From the NCBI GenBank assembly GCA_030637655.1, contig DAOWGI010000113.1:1-25024 (forward strand): a DNA stretch of 25,024 nt. The letters are read 5' to 3'. Origin of the DNA: a candidate division FCPU426 bacterium. GTDB lineage: Bacteria > Oederibacteriota > JAAXVQ01 > JAUVAV01. Both the position numbers and the translations under genes were made by a program. Below are positions 7,181-13,863 of the stretch, piece by piece. A model generated the notes under the pieces. That model saw only the letters and a program-made list of their open reading frames with translations. It searched no databases and was not told where the DNA came from. Position 1 is the stretch's first letter, and each line of letters starts with the position of its first letter.

Positions 7181-8998
7181 ATGGAAATTTTCCAACATCC
7201 TTTTCTTTACCCGATCCTCTTGCCTTTGGCCAGTGGCTTGCTTTGCCTGCTGCTACCTAAAATACTTTCGCGTGTAAGTGGATGGATCGCTGTTATAATT
7301 TCAGCGTTTACCGTCTATTTGGTATGGCCATTGTTTATGTCCGAACCTCAGACCTTGGACTTGATTGCCAATTTCAGTTTTAAAGTGGACAAGTTGAGCG
7401 GCTTTATTCTTTTGGCTACGACCATCTTCGGCTTTTTAATTTCCTTATACTCCCTTGGTTTTATGAAAAAGAAAATTTATCAAAATAAATATTTTGCTTA
7501 TCTATTATGGACTATCGCCGCCGCCTGCGGTGCCTTATTGGCAAATGAACTTATTATTTTACTTTCGTTTTGGGGTTTCCTGGGTTTTACACTGTATCTG
7601 ATGATCGCTTTAGGCGGTGCCCAAGCCAGTAGTGCAGCTAAAAAGACTTTCATCATTATTGGTGCCACGGATTCTTTGTTAATACTGGGAATCGGATTGG
7701 TATGGATTATTACCGGTTCCACCCGGATGGATGGTCTTGCCATACCTTTGAATCATCCTCATACCTATATTGCCTTCCTAACTTTCGCCATTGCGGCCTT
7801 TGCCAAAGCAGGTGCCATGCCCTTTCACACCTGGGTTCCTGATTGTGGTGAAAAAGCACCTACGCCGGTTACCGCTTTTTTACCTGCTTCGTTAGATAAA
7901 TTACTGGGAATTTATCTTTTAGCCCGTACAGCAAATGATCTTTTTGTCATGAATTGGGCTATGAATACCCTGCTGATGGTTGTTGGTGCAACCACAGTAT
8001 TATTGGCAGTCATGATGGCTTTGGTTCAACATGATCTTAAAAGATTACTGTCTTATCATGCGGTAAGCCAGGTTGGTTATATGGTCTTGGGCATTGGCAC
8101 TGGGATACCCATCGGCATTGCCGGCGGCTTGTTTCATATGCTCAATCATGCGGTTTATAAATCCTGCCTGTTTCTGTGCACCGGCGCTGTGGAAACGAAA
8201 ACCAAGACCACGGATATGGATAAACTCGGCGGTTTGGCCAAAGTCATGCCCATTACTTTCATTTGCTGCCTTATTGCCTCTTTATCCATTGCCGGTATCC
8301 CCCCTTTCAATGGTTTTGCTTCAAAATGGATGGTTTATCAAGGAATAATTGATGCTGGAAAATCCAGCGGCGGTTTATGGATTATCTGGTTGGCAGTGGC
8401 TATGTTGGGATCTGCTCTTACTCTGGCAAGTTTTGTCAAAGTACTGCACGCTACTTTTCTAAGAAAACCGTCAGCCGAGGTTAAACAAAATACAATCCGC
8501 GAAGTTGGCTTAAGCATGACTATACCCATGATTATTTTAGCGGTCACTTGCGTGCTCTTTGGTGTTTTGGCGTATCGTCTCCCCTTGAACCATATCATCC
8601 TGCCGGCAGTGAAAGATACAGTTGCTTTCACTGGTATCTGGTGGGCAGGACCTGCGACCTTTTTATTGCTGGTTGGCATCATTGTTGGCTTTGTGCTCTA
8701 TTTCCTGGGAAATAAGGGTAAAGTACGTATGGTATCCACATATATTGGCGGCGAATCATTACCAGCTGATGAAGAAGTCACTGGGATTGATTTCTATAAA
8801 ACCATCCAGGATATCAATCCCTTAAATGCCCTCTACAAAATGGCAGAAAAGAATTTTTTTGATATTTATGACGTTGGTACCAAATTTATTTTTCTTTTTG
8901 TAGAAGGATTACGGCACGTGCATACCGGCCGTTTACCCTGGTATTTATCCTGGGTAGTCGGCGGTTTACTGATTCTTCTAATTTTTTTAAGGAGCTAA
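7181..8998 (+). CDS. NuoL/MrpA/HyfB-like proton-conducting antiporter subunit with C-terminal transverse helix and TM
   Basis: 605 aa; KAGAMPFHTWVPD, QHDLKRLLSYH, NHAVYKSCLFL, GIPPFNGFASKW, C-terminal LRHVHTG..WYL. Confidence 0.92.
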   Translation: MEIFQHPFLYPILLPLASGLLCLLLPKILSRVSGWIAVIISAFTVYLVWPLFMSEPQTLDLIANFSFKVDKLSGFILLATTIFGFLISLYSLGFMKKKIYQNKYFAYLLWTIAAACGALLANELIILLSFWGFLGFTLYLMIALGGAQASSAAKKTFIIIGATDSLLILGIGLVWIITGSTRMDGLAIPLNHPHTYIAFLTFAIAAFAKAGAMPFHTWVPDCGEKAPTPVTAFLPASLDKLLGIYLLARTANDLFVMNWAMNTLLMVVGATTVLLAVMMALVQHDLKRLLSYHAVSQVGYMVLGIGTGIPIGIAGGLFHMLNHAVYKSCLFLCTGAVETKTKTTDMDKLGGLAKVMPITFICCLIASLSIAGIPPFNGFASKWMVYQGIIDAGKSSGGLWIIWLAVAMLGSALTLASFVKVLHATFLRKPSAEVKQNTIREVGLSMTIPMIILAVTCVLFGVLAYRLPLNHIILPAVKDTVAFTGIWWAGPATFLLLVGIIVGFVLYFLGNKGKVRMVSTYIGGESLPADEEVTGIDFYKTIQDINPLNALYKMAEKNFFDIYDVGTKFIFLFVEGLRHVHTGRLPWYLSWVVGGLLILLIFLRS

Positions 8999-9002
8999 GG
9001 CC

Positions 9003-9578
9003 TTGACTCTCGAATATATAGTGGCCGCTTTAATCATTCTCATGATCATGGGCGCGGTGACTGCCCTGGAAACCGATAATCTGCTCTCTTCTATTATCGC
9101 TTTGGGCGCAGTCGGTTTTTTACTGGCTATTGCCTTTCTCTTTTTGGGAGCGCCTGATATTGCTTTCACGCAGATCGTCGTCGAAATCCTACTACTGATT
9201 ATCTTGATTCGGGTTACGATCCATCGGGACTTGAAAACCACAACCGCGCATCGGGCGATGTTTGGCTGGACTTTCGCCATCGTGCTGATCGCATTTTTAA
9301 CTTGGTTTGGTCTCACGGTGTTTGAGGAATTCCCTGCCTTCGGAACAGCGGTTATGGATCGGGTTGCGGATTCTGCCAGCGTTACCTATATTAAAGAAGG
9401 TCTGGCCAAATCCGGCGCCGGTAATTTAGTAACTGCCGTGCTTTTGGATTTCAGAGCATTCGACACGCTCGGCGAAGCCACGGTTTTATTCTGTGCTATT
9501 TTAGGCGCACTGGCAATACTTCGCCAAAAAGCGCATAAACACAGTAAAGAGAAAGACCAAGAAGCAGATGCGGCATGA
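9003..9578 (+). CDS. MbhD/MbhE-like fusion (DUF4040 / MrpA C-terminal domain)
   Basis: LGAPDIAFTQIVVE and GNLVTAVLLDFRAFDTLGEATVL motifs; TTG start. Confidence 0.88.
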   Translation: MTLEYIVAALIILMIMGAVTALETDNLLSSIIALGAVGFLLAIAFLFLGAPDIAFTQIVVEILLLIILIRVTIHRDLKTTTAHRAMFGWTFAIVLIAFLTWFGLTVFEEFPAFGTAVMDRVADSASVTYIKEGLAKSGAGNLVTAVLLDFRAFDTLGEATVLFCAILGALAILRQKAHKHSKEKDQEADAA

Positions 9579-9594
9579 AAAGACGAAAAACAAA

Positions 9595-9622
9595 TACGAA
9601 ATTCGAATATCGAAATTCGAAA
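9595..9622. repeat. Degenerate 7-bp tandem repeat in intergenic spacer
   Basis: tacgaaa ttcgaat atcgaaa ttcgaaa followed by a T-rich, loosely complementary tract. Confidence 0.5.
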
Positions 9623-9705
9623 CAAATATTCAAAACACTTTGGTGATTTAAATTTTTATTTTTTAGTATTGTTTTGTTTTCCGCACTTTAAGGAGGCGTT
9701 ATTCA

Positions 9706-10185
9706 ATGACTGGAATGAGCCTGATCGTAAAAACCGTTTGCCGTTGGTTAAAAGGATTTATTCTTCTCTTCGGAGTGTATATTGTACTTTACGGTCATCT
9801 GACTCCGGGTGGAGGATTTTCCGGTGGTGTAATCATTGCTTGCGCTTTTATATTGATCTTTCTAGCTGAGGGCAAATTGGTGGAAACCAAGATTTTCAGT
9901 AAAAATGTGGCCGGCGAACTGGACAGTGTTGGCATCTTGATTTTTTGGGCTGCCGCCCTGACAGGCCTTTTTTGCGGTGGTGTGTATTTTAAAAACTTCA
10001 TTACAACTGCTGCAGAATCACACTTTAAATTGTTCAGCTCCGGAATCATCCCTATCTGCAACATTGGCATCGGGCTCAAAGTCGGCGCTTCTTTATTTGT
10101 TGTGTTTGTGATATTAGCGGCAGTTAAAATTGTTGTACCGAAAAAGTCTGACAATATTAATGACCATGAGGAGGATGAAAAATGA
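9706..10185 (+). CDS. mnhB: Na+/H+ antiporter subunit B (MbhF-like)
   Basis: YGHLTPGGGFSGG, NIGIGLKVG; RBS AAGGAGG. Confidence 0.9.
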   Translation: MTGMSLIVKTVCRWLKGFILLFGVYIVLYGHLTPGGGFSGGVIIACAFILIFLAEGKLVETKIFSKNVAGELDSVGILIFWAAALTGLFCGGVYFKNFITTAAESHFKLFSSGIIPICNIGIGLKVGASLFVVFVILAAVKIVVPKKSDNINDHEEDEK

Positions 10186-10529
10186 TTTACTCACTCTGTC
10201 TTATTTTAATCGGAATTGGACTCTACGGTATTCTCACCAAACGGAATATCGTAAAGATTATCATTGGTTTTGTCATTATGGAAGCCGGTGTACACTTGCT
10301 TCTCATTCTCATCGGATACCGCATGCAGGGTGAGGCGCCGATTCTACAACCGGGTATGAAGCTTTCTGAATTTATCACACGGGCTGTTGATCCCCTACCT
10401 CAAGCTTTAACCTTGACCTCCATCGTGATTGGCTTGGGAGTCTTGGCACTCATGATTGCTATCGCGATTCGTTTATACGAACGCTACAAAACGTTTGATA
10501 TCACTGAGATGAGGAGGCTTAAAGGCTAG
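10182..10529 (+). CDS. mnhC: Na+/H+ antiporter subunit C (MbhG/NuoK-like)
   Basis: NIVKIIIG, DPLPQALTLTSIVIG; ATGA overlap. Confidence 0.93.
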   Translation: MIYSLCLILIGIGLYGILTKRNIVKIIIGFVIMEAGVHLLLILIGYRMQGEAPILQPGMKLSEFITRAVDPLPQALTLTSIVIGLGVLALMIAIAIRLYERYKTFDITEMRRLKG

Positions 10530-12007
10530 TGAATCATTTAATCCCGTTGTTCATCGCCGTACCATTAGGGGCTGCCTTCTTTATTCCCCTGGTTTCCCGT
10601 CACGTGAAATGGGTGCCGGATGTCTTTGGCAACTTGACCATGTTCTCGTTAGCCGCCATGTCGTTTTACACCATTGGCCAATCCGAAGTTTATCATTTGG
10701 GTGCCTGGCAAACGCCTATTGGTATTGATTTACGTTTGGATGGTTTGTCCTCTCTGTTACTAATTGCCATCAATGTTATCGGCTTGGCAGCTACCTTGTA
10801 CTCTGTGGCCTACATGCGTATTTTTACCTCCAAATTAAGATATTACAGCCTCTTTCTGATTATGGTCACAGGCATGAACGGCGTGGTATTGACTGCCGAC
10901 CTTTTCAATTTGTACATCTTTATGGAAATGGCTGCCATTGCCTCTTATGCCTTAGTGGGATTTGGCTGTGAACATGAAGAGCTGGAAGCCTCGTTTAAAT
11001 ATTTGGTACTGGGAAGCTTAGCCACTTTGTTTGTGCTCATAGGAGTTGCACTGCTGTATGGTATGACCGGGTCTTTGAACATGGCTCAAGTTGCCACTTC
11101 CATGCAATCTGCTGCACAAGCCGCGCAAGGCACTATGGCTAAACCCTACATTTTTGCTTTGGGATTATTTATCTGCGGTTTTGCCTTAAAAAGTGCCTTG
11201 GTTCCCTTTCATGCCTGGTTGCCTGATGCCTACCAGAGTGCTCCTGCGCCGATTTCCGCCATGCTCTCCGGTGTTCTCACCAAAACCATTGGTGTGTATG
11301 TGCTGGCTCGTTTATTGTTCAATGTATTTGGTATTTCACAGCAATTGCTGCTCATTCTCCAAATTTTAGGCGCTCTCTCTATGGTCGTAGGTGTCTTATT
11401 GGCTATCGGACAGTGGGATATGAAACGCTTGTTTGCCTATCACAGTATTAGCCAAATCGGATATGTGGTTCTGGCTTTGGGACTCGGCACTCCTTTAGGC
11501 ATTATTGGCGGCTTATACCATTTGGTCAATCACTCGGTTTTTAAATCACTCCTCTTTCTCAATGCCGGTGCCGTGGAATACAGCACCGGCACCAGAGACT
11601 TGAAACGTTTGGGCGGATTAAATCAAGCCCTGCCCATTACCGGCAAAACCTCGCTGGTGGCTTCCATGTCCATTGCCGGCATTCCTCCCTTCAATGGTTT
11701 TTGGAGCAAGCTGATTATTATCATTGCTTGTGTGCAAGCCGGCTATTATTGGCTGGCCGCGTGGGCGGTTTTTGTCAGCCTGGTGACGCTTGCCTCTTTC
11801 TTAAAAGTACAAAAATATGCTTTTTTGGATGCTGCCAAAATGGCACTTGCTAAAATACAGCACACCCCGTTTTTTATGGGGCTCTCAATGGTGGTTTTGG
11901 CGATATTGTGTGTAGTCACCTCTTTGGCCGTACTTAGTGGTTTTGATGCTCCAGTGCTGATTGCTCCGGCAGCGGATGTACTGATAAAAGGTTTAATAAC
12001 TCTATAG
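10529..12007 (+). CDS. mnhD: Na+/H+ antiporter subunit D (MbhH/NuoN/M-like)
   Basis: DLFNLYIFME, LEASFKY, KSALVPFHAWLPDAY..AP, LSGVLTK, GIPPFNGFWSK; GTG start overlapping the upstream TAG. Confidence 0.93.
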   Translation: MNHLIPLFIAVPLGAAFFIPLVSRHVKWVPDVFGNLTMFSLAAMSFYTIGQSEVYHLGAWQTPIGIDLRLDGLSSLLLIAINVIGLAATLYSVAYMRIFTSKLRYYSLFLIMVTGMNGVVLTADLFNLYIFMEMAAIASYALVGFGCEHEELEASFKYLVLGSLATLFVLIGVALLYGMTGSLNMAQVATSMQSAAQAAQGTMAKPYIFALGLFICGFALKSALVPFHAWLPDAYQSAPAPISAMLSGVLTKTIGVYVLARLLFNVFGISQQLLLILQILGALSMVVGVLLAIGQWDMKRLFAYHSISQIGYVVLALGLGTPLGIIGGLYHLVNHSVFKSLLFLNAGAVEYSTGTRDLKRLGGLNQALPITGKTSLVASMSIAGIPPFNGFWSKLIIIIACVQAGYYWLAAWAVFVSLVTLASFLKVQKYAFLDAAKMALAKIQHTPFFMGLSMVVLAILCVVTSLAVLSGFDAPVLIAPAADVLIKGLITL

Positions 12008-12017
12008 GAAACAAACT

Positions 12018-12527
12018 ATGAAAAAAACAGCGCTTTTCATTGCCGCCTTTTGCTTGTGGTTCTTGCTGGTCTGGCCCTTTCACCCGATCAGCCAACGAAT
12101 TCTCTGGCCGGATGTGTTTGTCGGTTTGGGTGTAGCTCTGCTGATTACACTTGTCATGCGTGAATTTTCAGTCCAGCGTTTCCGTCGTCTCATCAATCCT
12201 GTGCGCTACTTCTGGCTTGTCATGTATGCTTTTGTTTTTGCCTATTATCTGATCAAAGCCAATTTGGATATGGCTTTTCGCATTATACATCCCAGCATGC
12301 CAATTAAACCCGGTATTGTAAAAGTGAAAACCAATCTGCAAACCGACACCGCCATCACAGCCTTGGCCAATTCCATCACCTTAACACCAGGAACCCTTAC
12401 GGTGGATGTGGTGGATCGAAATTATTTGTACGTTCATTGGATAAATGTGCAAACTGAAAATGAAGCAGAAGCTACCCATAAAATTCTTGGCCGCTTCGAA
12501 TGGTTTATTAAAAAGATCTTTGAATAA
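12018..12527 (+). CDS. mnhE: Na+/H+ antiporter subunit E (MbhA-like)
   Basis: PIKPGIV, LANSITLTPGTLTVDV, LYVHWI. Confidence 0.93.
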   Translation: MKKTALFIAAFCLWFLLVWPFHPISQRILWPDVFVGLGVALLITLVMREFSVQRFRRLINPVRYFWLVMYAFVFAYYLIKANLDMAFRIIHPSMPIKPGIVKVKTNLQTDTAITALANSITLTPGTLTVDVVDRNYLYVHWINVQTENEAEATHKILGRFEWFIKKIFE

Positions 12528-12531
12528 TATC

Positions 12532-12590
12532 GCAGGGGCAAGGCACTTGTCTCGTCGTAGTCTTGACAAAGACGGATGCCGTGCCCCTAG
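12532..12590. repeat. REP-like palindrome split by a 31-bp hairpin insert
   Basis: gcaggggcaaggca | cttgtctcgtcgtagtcttgacaaagacgga | tgccgtgcccctag; the arms are near-complementary. Confidence 0.65.
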
Positions 12591-12604
12591 CCGGGAGACG
12601 AAAT

Positions 12605-12874
12605 ATGCCTGAATTGTTTTCAACCTCAATATTTATCGGCCTGCTGCTCTGCTGCACACTCTGTCTGTTCCGCGTTGCCAACGGCCCCACTGCTCCGGAT
12701 CGTGCTGTGGCTATTGATGTTTTGGGGATTGTGGTGGTTGGTTTTGCTGCTATCTTTTCCATAACTACCGGAAAGGATTACTATTTAAATATTGCCATCG
12801 CCTGGGCCTTGTTGAGTTTCATAGCCACTCTGGCCTTGGCAAAACATCTGGAAGGTCGTGGTTATGATGAATGA
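12605..12874 (+). CDS. mnhF: Na+/H+ antiporter subunit F (MbhB-like)
   Basis: 89 aa from ATG 12605 (RBS GGGAG); GPTAPDRAVAID, LSFIATLALAK. Confidence 0.92.
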   Translation: MPELFSTSIFIGLLLCCTLCLFRVANGPTAPDRAVAIDVLGIVVVGFAAIFSITTGKDYYLNIAIAWALLSFIATLALAKHLEGRGYDE

Positions 12875-13193
12875 TATTATCGGTTTGTTTCTCCTGTGCG
12901 TTGGTGTTCTTTTTAATTTCATCGGCTGTATTGGTCTGGTCCGGTTTCCGGACGTGTACAACCGTTTACAAGCAGGCACCAAATGTGTCACCTTGGGAAC
13001 CTGTTTAATTTTACTGGGTGTGGTGTTCATGGCCACCACAGGAGCAACTGCTGTTAAGGGGATCCTGTGTATGGTTTTCATCCTGATCACTTCTCCCACA
13101 GCAGCACACGCGCTGGCCCGGGGCGCACATAAGGCAGGAATCAAACTGTGGGATAAAAGTGTTGTTGATAAGTATGCTGAGGACAAACAATGA
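12864..13193 (+). CDS. mnhG: Na+/H+ antiporter subunit G (MbhC-like)
   Basis: GLVRFPDVYNRLQAGTK, TSPTAAHALARGA; start at 12864 or 12867. Confidence 0.93.
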   Translation: MMNDIIGLFLLCVGVLFNFIGCIGLVRFPDVYNRLQAGTKCVTLGTCLILLGVVFMATTGATAVKGILCMVFILITSPTAAHALARGAHKAGIKLWDKSVVDKYAEDKQ

Positions 13194-13801
13194 AACTACC
13201 TTCTCTTTTTCAATTCCGGATTTTAAAACTGGCAGTACAGTCACTACTGACACCAGCCGTTACAACCAAATTCCCCCAAGCCGACTACGAACCAATACCG
13301 GAATTTCGCGGGCGGCCACGTTATTCCCAGGAGGATTGTATTGGCTGTGGTGCTTGCGCTGCTGTCTGTCCGGCAGATTGCATTGATGTTCTTGATGAAC
13401 CCGGTAAAGATCAACCAACCCGCACCTTGACTCAACATTTGGATGCATGTATCTGTTGCGGCCAGTGTGAACGCTACTGCACCTCAGAAACAGGCATCAA
13501 GCTCACTAATGAATTTGACTTTGTTGGTTTCGCGCCTGAGGATTTTGAGGAAAAAGTGGAAAAGGAACTGCTGTTGTGTGAAAGCTGTGGTGCTGTTATT
13601 GCACCTCAGGCTCAGCTTGCCTGGTTGGTCAAGCGACTCGGTCCTTTGGCTTACGCTAATCCCACCTTGATGCTGACCGCTTTAAAAGAGTTGCAGGTGG
13701 TTGCTGCCGGTGTAAAAATAACCTCTGAAAACGTACAGCGCGGCCAACATTTAAACATACAATGTCCCCAGTGTCGCCGCCAGACATCGTTTGCCGTTTA
13801 A
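13190..13801 (+). CDS. NuoI/HycF/MbhN-like 2x[4Fe-4S] subunit with extra C-terminal Cys4 metal site
   Basis: TTKFP..FRGRP, CIGCGACAAVCP, CICCGQCERYC, plus CESC...CPQCRR. Confidence 0.93.
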   Translation: MKLPSLFQFRILKLAVQSLLTPAVTTKFPQADYEPIPEFRGRPRYSQEDCIGCGACAAVCPADCIDVLDEPGKDQPTRTLTQHLDACICCGQCERYCTSETGIKLTNEFDFVGFAPEDFEEKVEKELLLCESCGAVIAPQAQLAWLVKRLGPLAYANPTLMLTALKELQVVAAGVKITSENVQRGQHLNIQCPQCRRQTSFAV

Positions 13802-13803
13802 TT

Positions 13804-13859
13804 TTGTAGAGACGCACGATCGTGCGTCTCTACAAGGCGAATACAAGATTCGCCCCTAC
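13804..13859. repeat. Two REP-like palindromes between convergent operons (possible bidirectional terminator/stabiliser)
   Basis: ttgtagagacgcacgatcgtgcgtctctacaa is a perfect 32-bp palindrome (13804-13835). It is followed by ggcgaat-acaag-attcgcc-cctac, which reads GTAG-GGGCGAAT.. on the minus strand. Confidence 0.8.
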
Positions 13860-13863
13860 CAAT

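Noticed and set aside
4108-13801. NADH:quinone oxidoreductase (nuo) or Mbx/MBS
   Set aside because: The large subunit keeps both CxxC Ni-binding motifs, the small subunit has CxxC, and no NuoA/J genes are present.
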